Part shown: positions 52,053-62,833 of the stretch, piece after piece
How the letters are laid out: every line of letters starts with the position of its first letter
Numbering within the stretch: position 1 is the stretch's first letter
Origin: Sedimentisphaerales bacterium
GTDB taxonomy: Bacteria; Planctomycetota; Phycisphaerae; Sedimentisphaerales; SM23-30
Assembly (NCBI GenBank): GCA_963663805.2
Contig: CAXXMR010000015.1
Location: 105,934-169,933 of the forward strand
Reading direction: 5' to 3'
Length of the DNA stretch: 64,000 nucleotides
Notes under the pieces: model-generated
Told to the model about the DNA's origin: nothing
The model's database searches: none
The model's input: the letters and a program-made list of their open reading frames with translations, nothing else
Position numbers and translations under genes: made by a program

Positions 52053-54314
52053 TTAACGTTTCCTCCCTTGAAGTTCCGAGAGCCGCATCCGCTGTTGTTG
52101 GGGTTTTACCTGAACCTGAGTACCGGGCAGAACCACGCCCTGCATGGAGGCCGCCACGCCGCAGCCTACCAGACAGTCCAGCCAATGATTATCGAACTGG
52201 GCCGGTTTAATTTTCCATTCATCGACACTGCGACCCCGCCCCTGGGTCTGCACACAAAATTCAGCAGTGAGATGTTCGGCCAGAAGACGATGTTGTTCGG
52301 GCTTATTACCAAACAAGGACAGACAACCCCGGTCACCCATTGACACCGCCAGCCGGGCCTGAAGGAAACTCTTCCAGAAATTCGTATCGAAGAGCACGTG
52401 ACGGATGGCGCGTTTACCCTGAATATTGGGCATCCGCCAGTTTTGACCGACCCGGTCACCGCGTTTGCGTTTGTATTCACTGAAGGGCAGACTCGAGGCC
52501 CCCACGAACCTTCCATGACTGGGCGTCAGCAGGGCCGCGTATTTACTCTGGCGGCAGAACTGGTACACCACATCGGTGGAAGTACCCCAGTTGGCGTCCA
52601 CCAGGCAGCGTTCAATCTTCATGGTGCCCCGGTCATCACAAGGCCATTCCCGGCCCAGCAGTTTTTCCGTCAGAGATTCCAGGCCGGCGTAGATGGCACC
52701 TTCCAGCCCCATACCGGAATTTACCGTAGCCAGGGTAGACCGGGCGTCACGCAGCGTGAAATAATTGCGCCTCTGGTCCGGGTACGACCCGTAATCGAGC
52801 ACATAGCCCGTGAAATCATCTTCCCAGACCGTCACCACATAAAAGAGCAGCTTCTGCTGGACATCGATAAACGCGGTGATATGGGTAGCACCCACCGGGA
52901 CGATACCGCGTTCGTGGCGATTGACCTTGGCGGCGATCTCCTCGACACTGAGCATACCCGAGCCGGATTCCTCGACCAGCGGTTCGTTCTGATATTCGGC
53001 ATAAAACGCCGCCTCATCCCGCAGCTTGAGGTTCATGGCATGCTGGATCGCCGAGAGTTCATCTTCATTATGCCGCTGGGGCCAGGCGATTACCGCACCA
53101 GTGTCCATTTCCACGCGATGCTGACGATAAAACTCGGTGGCTTCGCTGCCGTCGCCATCATTACGAAATGAATCAGCCCGCAATTCGGCATAGCGGGCCC
53201 AGAGTTTTTCATTGTCCGGAAAGGCATACACCATCCGGGTACGTTGGCCCTGCCATTCGGGGTGTTTATCCCGATCAAGGATGTTATCTGCCATATCACC
53301 GGGCCGAATAACGGTACAGGCCATCAGGCCGGAGATTTTCTTACCCGGCCCGGCCATGCCCAGGACATCACCGGCGAGAATCGCCTCACGCCGCTGACTC
53401 TGGGAGGGTGACCAGGCGGATTCGGTAGTCTGGGGGTCATCCACCATTACCAGCTGGGGCCTAACCACCTTGCCATCAGCGCGGGCGTGGTTCTGGCCCC
53501 GGATATCCGAGCCCTTCATCCCCGAACAGGAGATGACAATCCCCGCCGCCTGGGAATTCGGAATGGTGGGCAGGACGATTTTGTCCGCCGCCCATTCAAT
53601 CCGCGTCGGCTGGCCGTTATATTTTTGGCCCTTCTGGCGGTTGGTGATTCGCTCCAGGGCCCGGATGGGGAATGTTACCTCGGGAAAATCCTCGGCCAGC
53701 AGTTCGTTCGTCTCCAGCCATATCTTGATATTCTCGAGGAGGTCCTTGGCCCGCTCGGCACTGGCGGCAATGAGGCAGACATATTCTGTCGCTCCTGCCA
53801 GCGCCGACCATAAACACGCCATCTGCATTAAGACCGTCTTACCACTGCCCCGCGGCATGGCCAAAGCGAACAGCCCGCCCTTTAATACCGCCTGTTCGAT
53901 TTTTTCAATGACCCGGTGGTGATCCGCCGACCATTCCAGATAAAACACCTCGGGGAAATATACTTCACAAAAAGTCTTAAAATCCGCCAGGGCCGCCGCT
54001 TTCCGCTCGGGGTTAACCACTGCCGGTAATTCCCCGATATCCTGACCCAGCCGGGCCAGTTCAGCGTTACGCAGCCGGGCCGCTTCACGCAGGTCATCGT
54101 AAGTGGGTTTTTCCTTGGCGGGTTTGAGGTATTCCCGGGTGAGATAACCGGCATACTGGAAGAGATTGATCGTGCGGGCATCCCCGATGGTATAGCCGGC
54201 CTTCATCCGCTGCCGGCGGATCTTCTGTTCATTGATTACTTCGCCGCGCCCGGCTGAATTTAACAGCCGGACCAGCTCCGCTTGCCGTAGTTTTGCAGGA
54301 TTAATTACCGACAT
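52053..54314 (-). CDS. Terminase large subunit (gpA-like)
   Basis: AMPRGSGKT Walker A, VMVDDPQT Walker B, FIDVQ nuclease, DNHWLDCLVG. Confidence 0.9.
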   Translation of the reverse strand: MSVINPAKLRQAELVRLLNSAGRGEVINEQKIRRQRMKAGYTIGDARTINLFQYAGYLTREYLKPAKEKPTYDDLREAARLRNAELARLGQDIGELPAVVNPERKAAALADFKTFCEVYFPEVFYLEWSADHHRVIEKIEQAVLKGGLFALAMPRGSGKTVLMQMACLWSALAGATEYVCLIAASAERAKDLLENIKIWLETNELLAEDFPEVTFPIRALERITNRQKGQKYNGQPTRIEWAADKIVLPTIPNSQAAGIVISCSGMKGSDIRGQNHARADGKVVRPQLVMVDDPQTTESAWSPSQSQRREAILAGDVLGMAGPGKKISGLMACTVIRPGDMADNILDRDKHPEWQGQRTRMVYAFPDNEKLWARYAELRADSFRNDGDGSEATEFYRQHRVEMDTGAVIAWPQRHNEDELSAIQHAMNLKLRDEAAFYAEYQNEPLVEESGSGMLSVEEIAAKVNRHERGIVPVGATHITAFIDVQQKLLFYVVTVWEDDFTGYVLDYGSYPDQRRNYFTLRDARSTLATVNSGMGLEGAIYAGLESLTEKLLGREWPCDDRGTMKIERCLVDANWGTSTDVVYQFCRQSKYAALLTPSHGRFVGASSLPFSEYKRKRGDRVGQNWRMPNIQGKRAIRHVLFDTNFWKSFLQARLAVSMGDRGCLSLFGNKPEQHRLLAEHLTAEFCVQTQGRGRSVDEWKIKPAQFDNHWLDCLVGCGVAASMQGVVLPGTQVQVKPQQQRMRLSELQGRKR

Positions 54315-54503
54315 TTACACTTCCCCGGCCAGATAGGCCGTATATTCCAAGAGATTAATGGTATCATCCGCCCGCAGGAGTCCCGCATTTGCGGCAATCT
54401 GCCGAATTTCGGTTTCCGTGATCTTTTTCTGCGCGGAATTGCTCAATAATTTAGCCATTTGCGCCACCGTCAAGGCGGTAATTTTGATGGTTTTGTCACT
54501 CAT
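54315..54503 (-). CDS. Small HTH protein upstream of terminase
   Basis: ALTVAQMAKLL..DTINLLEYTAYL resembles the terminase N-terminus (TINLFQYAGYL). Confidence 0.55.
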   Translation of the reverse strand: MSDKTIKITALTVAQMAKLLSNSAQKKITETEIRQIAANAGLLRADDTINLLEYTAYLAGEV

Positions 54504-54641
54504 AATCAGGCTCGCCCAGAATTGTTAAGAATTATCCAAAATTTCCCAGAATTAATGCCCCATCGCCTTGCATTAAGGCGAAAAGGACTGTAATGTTAAT
54601 GTAGAAATTGAATGTAAACCATCGACAAGAAAGGACTTAAC

Positions 54642-54911
54642 ATGAAAACTTACCCCAACTTCACAAACGACCTGGCCAGATTCAAGAATCAGATTATCCG
54701 CTGGGAAAACGAGGGAAAGCGGGAGACAGACCCCGAACTCGCCGAGATGTTCGCGATGGATGCCGGCGACCTGCGCAAGGTACTCCGGCACCTCCGCAAA
54801 AATCAATTCCAGGCCGCCTGGGATACCCTGGAAAACCTCGACACGCTGGTCCGCGACCAGGTACCCCGCCGGCTCTATAACTTCATCGCCCAAGAGAATG
54901 GCTACTGCTAA
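54642..54911 (+). CDS. Hypothetical protein, tandem copy 1
   Basis: AAGGA RBS; 89 aa; near-identical to the next ORF. Confidence 0.75.
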   Translation: MKTYPNFTNDLARFKNQIIRWENEGKRETDPELAEMFAMDAGDLRKVLRHLRKNQFQAAWDTLENLDTLVRDQVPRRLYNFIAQENGYC

Positions 54912-54947
54912 GAAACGAAATTCAACTAACGGAAAGGCATCCGAACC

Positions 54948-55217
54948 ATGGAAACCTACCCCAACTTCACAAATGACCTGAAGAGATTCAAAAACCAGAT
55001 TACCCGCTGGGAAGATGCGGCCCAGCGGGAAACGGACCCCGAACTCGCCGAGATGTTCGCGCAGGTTGCCGGCCTCCTGCGCAAGGTACTCAGGCACCTC
55101 CGCAAAAATCAATTCCAGGCCGCCTGGGATACACTGGAAAACCTCGACACGCTGTTCCGTGACCAGATGCCCCCCAGGCTCTATAACTTCATCGCCCAAG
55201 AGAACGGCTACTGCTAA
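54948..55217 (+). CDS. Hypothetical protein, tandem copy 2
   Basis: 306-bp-period duplicate. Confidence 0.75.
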   Translation: METYPNFTNDLKRFKNQITRWEDAAQRETDPELAEMFAQVAGLLRKVLRHLRKNQFQAAWDTLENLDTLFRDQMPPRLYNFIAQENGYC

Positions 55218-55235
55218 GAGAAAGGAAAAATTGCC

Positions 55236-55508
55236 ATGGAAATTATCGAAATAAAATTCGCCGGATTCGTCAAGAAAGGCCAGTACGTACCGGCCACCTT
55301 CGCTGCCATCAGCCGTATCCCCGGCGAAAAACATATCCGCATGAAACTTATCAGCTGCGACGGCGAGCAGGATTACAACTGTGCGGCCAACGATGAAAAC
55401 GAAATCTGGGACCTGGCCCTCAAGCTGCAAAAGCACCTCGACGGGCACGCGGGCACCAACTCCATGATTCACGATTACTACCGCCAGCTGCAGTCGCTGG
55501 CCGACTGA
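55236..55508 (+). CDS. Hypothetical protein
   Basis: AAGGA RBS, co-oriented small-gene cluster. Confidence 0.65.
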   Translation: MEIIEIKFAGFVKKGQYVPATFAAISRIPGEKHIRMKLISCDGEQDYNCAANDENEIWDLALKLQKHLDGHAGTNSMIHDYYRQLQSLAD

Positions 55509-55526
55509 ACCAAAAAGGAGAACTTC

Positions 55527-55769
55527 ATGCCTTCCTATCCAAACCATAAACCCGCCCTCACGAAGATGCAGCAGCGGCTGCTGGCGGAGATTGCCAGCCT
55601 TACCGACTGGCTGGCCTGCAGCCTGGAAGACTGCGAGGATGAGCAGCCCAACTGGCAGAATGTCGATTCGCTCCAGCAAATACGCGCCAGCCTCATCGAG
55701 AACCTGGTAATTATTTCGGGGGTGAGCAGAACCCAAATCCAGCGCAGCTTGGCTGAGTTGTATATGTGA
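55527..55769 (+). CDS. Hypothetical protein
   Basis: AAGGAG RBS. Confidence 0.65.
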   Translation: MPSYPNHKPALTKMQQRLLAEIASLTDWLACSLEDCEDEQPNWQNVDSLQQIRASLIENLVIISGVSRTQIQRSLAELYM

Positions 55770-55793
55770 ACCTGTAATTTTCGGAGAACTATC

Positions 55794-55988
55794 ATGCTGC
55801 CCACAGAAATGAACCGTATTTTTGAACGTATCGTCCGCGAGGAACTGGAAATCACGACCCTGGAAGCCCGCCACAGTGACGAAGAAGACTTCCACAGCCT
55901 GGCTGTCTGGGAAATTCAAACCATCATGGAGCGGGCATATGAGGCCGGCTCCGCAGCGGCGCGCCGCCCGCGCCGGAAAGGAAACTGA
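55794..55988 (+). CDS. DUF6900-like protein
   Basis: ITTLEARHSDEEDFHSLAVWEIQTIMERAYEAG. Confidence 0.7.
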   Translation: MLPTEMNRIFERIVREELEITTLEARHSDEEDFHSLAVWEIQTIMERAYEAGSAAARRPRRKGN

Positions 55989-55991
55989 ACC

Positions 55992-56216
55992 ATGCCGAAG
56001 AACGAATACGACACTGCCTCGCTGGTAAATGAAATCCGCGAAAATCTCTCGCCCGAGGCCGTCGCCGCCATCGCGGCCTGGCTGATGCCCGCCGAAACCA
56101 ATGACGCCCAGGTAAACCGCGAGATTGGCTGGTTCCGGGAGCTGCTGGGCAAAGAGATTCTCGGCTTCGGCAGCTGGGACAACTACAACCGTATGATAGA
56201 AGAATTGGGCTTGTAA
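55992..56216 (+). CDS. Hypothetical protein
   Basis: AAGGA RBS. Confidence 0.6.
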   Translation: MPKNEYDTASLVNEIRENLSPEAVAAIAAWLMPAETNDAQVNREIGWFRELLGKEILGFGSWDNYNRMIEELGL

Positions 56217-56267
56217 TAATTCATCTGAGGCCTGGCCAGCCCGAACACGGCCGCAGGAGAACAAATC

Positions 56268-56816
56268 ATGCAGAAGAACGAAGTTGAAATCCACGCCGTC
56301 TACCTGGTCAAGGTCGCCAACAATCTCGCCCAGGTCGAGATTGTCAGCGAACACCCCAACGGCGGCTGGGAAGGTAAAAGCCTCAAAACGGGCAAGACCA
56401 TCCGCATTAAAAGCAGCCAGCGGCTGCGGGAACTCGTCGCCAAACCCGCCACGAAGGGTATCGCCCCGCGGCAATTTCGCATAGAACCCGCCGCACTCGC
56501 CACCCAAGCCATGAAGATGGCCAAAGGTACCACCGCCCCCAAAACTGCCGACACGGGCGAACCTGGCGCGAATGACACCAAACGCAAACCCCTCTCGCTG
56601 CTCAACGCCGCTGCCATCGTGCTCGAGGCCTGCGAGAGGCCGCTGAGCTGCCGGGAGATTATCGAAAAGGCCCTCGACGCTGAAGTCTGGCAGCCCGGCT
56701 CCGGTAGGACTCCCGCTAACACCCTCTACTCCTCTATCCTCAGAGAGATAAAAATCAAGGGCTCGGCGTCCCGCTTTGTCAAGGCCGAGCGGGGTAAGTT
56801 CGCGTTGGCAAAATGA
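56268..56816 (+). CDS. HARE-HTH (winged helix) domain protein
   Basis: SLLNAAAIVL..LSCREII..GRTPANTLYSSILREI..RFVKAERGKF. Confidence 0.8.
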   Translation: MQKNEVEIHAVYLVKVANNLAQVEIVSEHPNGGWEGKSLKTGKTIRIKSSQRLRELVAKPATKGIAPRQFRIEPAALATQAMKMAKGTTAPKTADTGEPGANDTKRKPLSLLNAAAIVLEACERPLSCREIIEKALDAEVWQPGSGRTPANTLYSSILREIKIKGSASRFVKAERGKFALAK

Positions 56817-56952
56817 GCTTGGCACCTGAGGCGGTGTTTTTGCTAATAAAGTTGTGATCATGATATCTCCATTAAAGGTTTAATTGCATGAGGAATTTGA
56901 CATTATAAATTCTTTAAGATATTTGTGAGTGTTACACATTTCACGACTCATA

Positions 56953-57582
56953 TCATCCATCCTTCTGCTTCTTGTCAGGATTATGTCGTTCTGCGAAGGG
57001 GTGCAAATCCTCCCTTCTGCGATGAACGATCACCGTAGCATGTTTGGGATCACGTTTATCCCAGCGTCGATGACAAGAACGGCACAACCAACGAACTCTT
57101 AGCGGCTCATCATAATTATAATGAGCTGCTTCGATTGCCCTGTTATTGGCTCCGCATTCTTCACAAACAGAAGGACGCACAATATGACCAGCCAGGACAT
57201 GGTAGCGAAGCAAGCTTTGGGCACTCCGCGCTTTAGTCAGTGTTTTACGGTAGGTTTTTCTTCCTGTAGCCTGAGCTTTATTTTTGCACTTTAACGAACA
57301 GAACTTACGATTAAGACGGTTTACCGGGCCATATTCCCTCTCGCAATAGTGGCAAGTGAGGAATGTGACCGGACGCAGTTTTTTATGGCAAGCATCACCA
57401 CAAGTTTTTCTTGATTTACCGACAAACTCCTTACCACAGATCACGCATTTGCGAGATGCCACCCCGTGACAGCTGCGACAGCGTGAAGTATAGCCATTCT
57501 TTCTTGACTCGTAGAATTGCGAGAGGGGTTTTTCCATTTCACAATATTTGCATTTTTTCATTACTTTTACTTCGACGTCCAT
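56953..57582 (-). CDS. Zn-finger/HNH-like endonuclease
   Basis: Several CxxC motifs; CEECG..IEAAHYNYDEPLRVRWLCRSCHRRW. Confidence 0.7.
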   Translation of the reverse strand: MDVEVKVMKKCKYCEMEKPLSQFYESRKNGYTSRCRSCHGVASRKCVICGKEFVGKSRKTCGDACHKKLRPVTFLTCHYCEREYGPVNRLNRKFCSLKCKNKAQATGRKTYRKTLTKARSAQSLLRYHVLAGHIVRPSVCEECGANNRAIEAAHYNYDEPLRVRWLCRSCHRRWDKRDPKHATVIVHRRREDLHPFAERHNPDKKQKDG

Positions 57583-58912
57583 GCTACTCCATCACTTTCT
57601 CTGATTGCCATATTACCCGTAAACTGAAAATACCTTTCACAAATGACATCTACGTAAGCCTGGTCCAGCTCCATCAGGAATGCCTTACGCCCGGTCTGTT
57701 CACAACCGATGAGCGTCGAACCGCTGCCGCCGAATAAATCCAGGACGTTCTCTCCCGGTTTGGAGGAATACTGAATGGCCCGCACCGCAAGTTCGGTTGG
57801 TTTTTCGGTGAGGTGCACCATGGCCTGAGGATTGACTTTTTTTTGACATGCCATAAATCCGTGGCGTTGTTAGGGCCGTAGAATTTGTGACCTGCCCCTT
57901 CTTTCCAACCGTAGAAGCAAATTTCAAACGCGCCCATAAAATCCTTGCGGGTGAGTACCGGATGTTGCTTGTCCCAGATTATCGCCTGGGAAAAGTACAA
58001 TCCCGCCGCTTTTAGCGGGGCCGGGTAATTACCCAGATTGGCATAACCTCCCCAGACATAAAACGAGCCGCCGGGCTTGAGTACGCGGGCCGAATTGTTG
58101 AACCACGCCCGCAGCATTTCATCGAATTCTTCAACGCTGACAAAATCATTGGCCAGAGGCCTGTCTTTGGCCCGCATCTTTTTGGTGTTGGCCTGGGCTT
58201 TTTCCGGGTGACGGTTGACATCAAAATTCTGATGATGGGTGTTCGAGAACGAGGATAAACCCGCGGCGATGGCGTTATTGCTGCGCGGTTCAACTTTCAC
58301 GTTGTAGGGCGGATCTTCCAGAACCAAATCGATGGTGGCCCCATCCAGCAGCCTATCCAAATCCGCTTCACTGCCGCTGTCACCGCACATGAGACGATGT
58401 TCACCCAGTATCCAGATATCACCGGGCTGGGTGATCGGGTCATCCGGGGGCTCGGGTATGGAATCGGGGTCCGTGAGCCCCTGTTTGATATCCACATCCA
58501 GCAGTTGGGTCAACTCTTTTTCATCAAAGGCCAGCAGCTCCAGATCGAAACCCGCGTCACGCAGTTCCGCCAGCTCAATGGGCAGAATCTCAAAATCCCA
58601 CTCGGCCAGTTCCCCGGTTTTATTATCCGCGATGCGATAAGCCCGAATCTGCTCCGGGCTCAGGTCCGTCGCCACGTGGACGGGAATTTTTTTGAGCTCG
58701 AGTTGTTGGGCCGCTTTCCAGCGGGTGTGGCCGCAGACGATGATGCCGTCGGTATCAACCACGATCGGTTGTTTGAAGCCAAACTCCCGGATACTCGCAG
58801 CTACCGCTTCGACGGCGTCATCATTGATGCGGGGATTTTGTTCGTAAGGGATAACATCGTCAATAGGGCAAATCTTAACGGAAAAGTCGGATTTATTCTT
58901 TGTCGTTGTCAT
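57567..58912 (-). CDS. ParB-N + N4/N6 DNA methyltransferase, frameshifted at an A8 run (57837-57844)
   Basis: PYEQNPRIND, IVCGHTR, DPPYNV; HLTEKP..VLDLFGGSGSTLI in the second frame. Confidence 0.88.
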
Positions 58913-58936
58913 AATTTAATCTCCATAAGTAATAGG

Positions 58937-59535
58937 TTATTTGTGACAGCCATGAGTTTTGTAAACTTCAGTGCAAAGGCAGATAAACTCGTCCTGAGAC
59001 AAGGAGCCTTTAGCTCGATTGATGTCAGAATGCAAAATTTGAGCATTTTCAATTACATGCTCGCCTCCATTGCGAATAGGAACAATGTGATCGAGCGATG
59101 AAATGTCCGGAGTCAGCTTCCGGCCCGTCAAAGCACATCTGTAATTCTGGAATTCCAACAAACGAAGCACATTTTTGGTGTTCACCGGTCCACGGGGCCT
59201 GACTGTGGACTTAACCTTTTGGCCTTGGGGACGTAGCGTTTTCTGGCGGAAACTCGACCTGTGGCCCAGAGATGCCACGGGGTTCTCTGGGCATGATACC
59301 TCTTGGTTGCTAAGATTTGAGCCCCGCGCCAGGCTGTCTCTTCCCATGTCCGCCCCATGGCTTCCTGGGGGACATTCTTTGCCGGTGGGTTGCTTAAACG
59401 TATCCGCCAGCCCTGCACCATGCTGTGGGCTATGCGGGACCAGGGTTCTTTGAGCATCCTGGCGTTTTGTAGATCTGCTTTGAGTTGGTTGACCATTCTT
59501 CTTGCTCCAGCTTCCCATTTTGCGGTCTTGTTCAT
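58937..59535 (-). CDS. HNH endonuclease, probably one gene split near 59220
   Basis: QNYRCALTG..SLDHIVP..GGEH..ENAQILH..INRAKG. Confidence 0.7.
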
Positions 59536-59925
59536 GCATTTGTTTCTCCTGAAAAGTATGTTTCAAAAAAAGCGCCACTCAAAATAAACTCTGTGATATA
59601 ACGCGACTGTTCCCGCTGACCTCATGAAGACGCATAACACCAAGTACCTAAACGACTTACGTTGATTTGCTATTTCTAAGCAAGTGTCCCCCTTTACGTA
59701 TTTTGCCTCTACAGGCCCTCTCCGTGCATTTTACGAGTCTTGCATGTCCCTTGTTATCTTTTGGGCTCATTTTCATACCCTTTTGCACTTGCCAGTCCCT
59801 AATATATTTGTCACCATCACTTTGTCTTTCGATTTGTCTTTTACACCTGCCCCTAAAACACCACAGGCGGCCCGTAGTTGATAGATCGCAAGCTGACTAT
59901 CTCGCTGTTGCTTTAATTCATCTTT

Positions 59926-60258
59926 TTAATCTACGGCCAGCTGTGGCGTTTTTTGTGGTGCGATTATTTCTGGTCTGCCGCAAACCTGGCAACCGCATGA
60001 AGCTTTCTCTACCAACTCATACCTCAATTCAAATTTTCCACACCACTCTCCGGCCATGATCTTGGGCCATTCACCATAGTGACGAAAATCGTCACCCTCA
60101 CGATCCCGCATAAGCTCTCCCAAAACCGGCGGATTGAATTTACATATACCTTCCCAATCATCTTCAAATTCTTTACTGAGATTCTCCGACTCATAAGCGG
60201 GTGAACCATGTTCCCCCAATGAAAAAAACCGGCAATTGTAACAACAAACACCTTTCAT
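59926..60258 (-). CDS. Cys-rich hypothetical phage protein
   Basis: AAGGAG RBS; CYNCRF..GICKFNPP..WP..EWCGKF. Confidence 0.6.
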   Translation of the reverse strand: MKGVCCYNCRFFSLGEHGSPAYESENLSKEFEDDWEGICKFNPPVLGELMRDREGDDFRHYGEWPKIMAGEWCGKFELRYELVEKASCGCQVCGRPEIIAPQKTPQLAVD

Positions 60259-60380
60259 AATTTGCTCCTTCAAAAAAACATGTCCGATTATCAAATTGGC
60301 CCCAACCAAAGGACCGAAAAAAACTTACCCCCTCCCCCTCTCCCGGAAGCCTTATTTTCAAGGGGGGGGGTATATATATA

Positions 60381-60521
60381 TTCCTCCAACATAGAACGTA
60401 AGTACTTGTTATTACTGACTTGGCATGTTGGAGGATGTTGGAGGTTTTTGAGTAATTCCTCCAACATGACCCCCCGTATGTTTGAGGTTTTCCTCCAACA
60501 TGACGCCTTTTCCTCCAACAT
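60381..60521. repeat. TTCCTCCAACAT iteron-like cluster
   Basis: Four direct copies (60381, 60456, 60490, 60510) and two inverted partial copies (60425, 60435). Confidence 0.75.
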
Positions 60522-60523
60522 CA

Positions 60524-62833
60524 TCATCTGTCCCAACCCACCGGTGTGGATAAAATTCGATACCTGCCCGCGTGTGAGGTAATCACCCCGCGCTCAATCA
60601 ATTCCTGCAATCCCTCCTGGCGTTCCTTGGCGGTGGTGCCCCAAATGCCATGGGTTGAGATATCACGAGTTGTGACACCTTCGCCCTCATCTTTCTTCCG
60701 GATAATATCAAAGAGCTTCTGGTAGAGCTTCTCCCTGTCTCGTTTGACCTTGTCATCCTCTTCCACATCCGACAGGGCCTTCTCGGCATGGGTAAAAAAC
60801 CACAGGATCAGTTTCTCGGCCCCTTCCCAGCAGCGGTCAGTCAGCTCTACCGTATCCCGAAAAGCATTGTCCCGAGTAACCGAAAGCATAGACGCAAACC
60901 TGGGGCCATAGCCCAGCACCAGACGCCGCCAGTTGGCGTGGAGCTTCTCGGGGCTGTGCTTACGAAACATATCACTTAAATGCCTCAGGTAATCATCCGG
61001 TACCTTAACCTGGCCCTGCTTGATCTCAAAAGCATTCAGAGCATTGTCCAGCTTGCGCAGGCATTCAAGTAAATTGAAATTGGTCGGGTCACCAAAAAAT
61101 GTGGGCATATTACAGATAATAAAGCGGGCCAGGAAACCGCTGGTTATATCAGTGCGTTTAACGGCGGATTCAAATATATCCGGCTGTATATTGGCCAGAA
61201 TATTGGGATAACAATAATCTGCCACACGCTTGCCTTGTCCGCCGCGAGTAGACAGTCCGTATTCGAAACAACCAGCGTCAAAGGCGTCTGTCAAAAAACT
61301 GACACTCTTATTGAGCCAGTGCTTGGAGTCCAGCCAGTCCTGAAACTCCGAGATCAGCAGCAGGCCGTTGGGCCGGTCCATGAGCGAATCAGCCAGCCCT
61401 TCAGCGCTGGCCCGGCCGGGCAATAGCCATTTGCGAGCTTTGGCAATATGATTCAGGAGCCGGCCAATATCCTTGCCCGAGGAGGAATTGCCAATGAGAA
61501 TGGAGTATATATTGGCCACCTGTCCACCGGCGGTATCAATACACAAGCGGGCCAGCGGCGCACCGGTTTGAATGAATTGATATAACGGCTGACGCAGGTC
61601 AACAGCCGTGTTTTTGCAGCTCAAAGCACAGCCGGACAAGGTGATTGCCTTTAGCAATGCCGCTTCCAGGGGTAACTCGGGTGTGGTAACTGAACGGAAC
61701 ACCGCGCACATCTCACCGAGCATGGTCCCGGCCAGAACATCTTCGATGTCATCATTATTCACCTTATTCCACGGATTGATTATCTTTGTACAGATGGGTA
61801 TTTCAATTATGTTATCACTCATTTTTGCGACAACCCCCGATATATCCACATCATCAAAGCTATCTGCCTCTATTCCCTCCCGCGCCAGAGTCAGGGTACG
61901 TAAAATATAATCTTCTCGGAGGGCTTTCTCGGGCTTGTCGCCGTGTTTACACCGGGCGGCAATTATCAGATCGGCGATCTCCTGATCAGCCCAGCCGGAC
62001 TTGGCGGCAATGGTTGCCAGGCTCAGGTCATAGCCGCTCTGGGACTGGTCAGCTAAATCCGTTCTTTCCCGCTGCCAGGTCTGCCGGAACTTGTCGCTGC
62101 AGGTGATCAATTCTACGAGTTTATCCGCCGGCGGCTGAGCATCGCTGCGCAGATTCACCTGACAATCAGCCTGAACCGCCGGCGTTTCCACCTTCTCAGG
62201 CAGCAGCCTTTCGATGGTCTCTACTTCATAGCGGCACTGGGGGTCGAAGCGGGCCAGCTCAACCTTCAGGGGTTTCTCGGGAACCTTATAATTCCACGTG
62301 CCCGGTACCCGCAGGATTCGCGTCAGGTCACCCAGGTTGGGCATGCTCCAGCCGAACTGGCGAGCCTGCTGACATATCCGACCGTGCCAGCCTTTGGTGA
62401 GCCGTTCAGCCCGCTGACGCTGGGTGTCATTTTCGATGACGAGGGGCTTAGCCAGGAACCAGTAAGCGTGAACACCGTAACCACTGTGGACAATGGCCGA
62501 CGGGGCCAGATCCACGCTATCGAGTAATTCTTCCACTTCGGCCAGCGTCTCGGGCAGATTATCTTCATTATGGGCTTCAGACATCAGGTCAATATCCGCC
62601 CACAGGGCTCCGATGGCAGCCACATCCTGTTTGCGGCCCCGGCCCCGGGGCTGGCCCTTGATAAGGCCCAGACCGTAATAGACATCATGGGAGCGGGATT
62701 TGCTCTGGGCATACTGCATGGCCTGTTCAATATTCTCGCAAAAACAGGTGCGGCTGTCCTGGCCGGTAAAGATGGCCAGGCGGCTCTGCGGGCCGATATG
62801 ATCACCATAAATGGTTTGCCAGAATTCCTTCAT
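60524..62833 (-). CDS. RepB-type primase fused to DUF3987-like ATPase
   Basis: ALWADID, HSGYGVHAYW, RILRVPGTWN; GNSSSGKD, SAEGL, SGFLARF. Confidence 0.82.
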   Translation of the reverse strand: MKEFWQTIYGDHIGPQSRLAIFTGQDSRTCFCENIEQAMQYAQSKSRSHDVYYGLGLIKGQPRGRGRKQDVAAIGALWADIDLMSEAHNEDNLPETLAEVEELLDSVDLAPSAIVHSGYGVHAYWFLAKPLVIENDTQRQRAERLTKGWHGRICQQARQFGWSMPNLGDLTRILRVPGTWNYKVPEKPLKVELARFDPQCRYEVETIERLLPEKVETPAVQADCQVNLRSDAQPPADKLVELITCSDKFRQTWQRERTDLADQSQSGYDLSLATIAAKSGWADQEIADLIIAARCKHGDKPEKALREDYILRTLTLAREGIEADSFDDVDISGVVAKMSDNIIEIPICTKIINPWNKVNNDDIEDVLAGTMLGEMCAVFRSVTTPELPLEAALLKAITLSGCALSCKNTAVDLRQPLYQFIQTGAPLARLCIDTAGGQVANIYSILIGNSSSGKDIGRLLNHIAKARKWLLPGRASAEGLADSLMDRPNGLLLISEFQDWLDSKHWLNKSVSFLTDAFDAGCFEYGLSTRGGQGKRVADYCYPNILANIQPDIFESAVKRTDITSGFLARFIICNMPTFFGDPTNFNLLECLRKLDNALNAFEIKQGQVKVPDDYLRHLSDMFRKHSPEKLHANWRRLVLGYGPRFASMLSVTRDNAFRDTVELTDRCWEGAEKLILWFFTHAEKALSDVEEDDKVKRDREKLYQKLFDIIRKKDEGEGVTTRDISTHGIWGTTAKERQEGLQELIERGVITSHAGRYRILSTPVGWDR

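Noticed and set aside
54573..56861. 762-aa ORF on the - strand
   Set aside because: Antisense shadow of seven + strand genes that have RBSs and recognisable motifs
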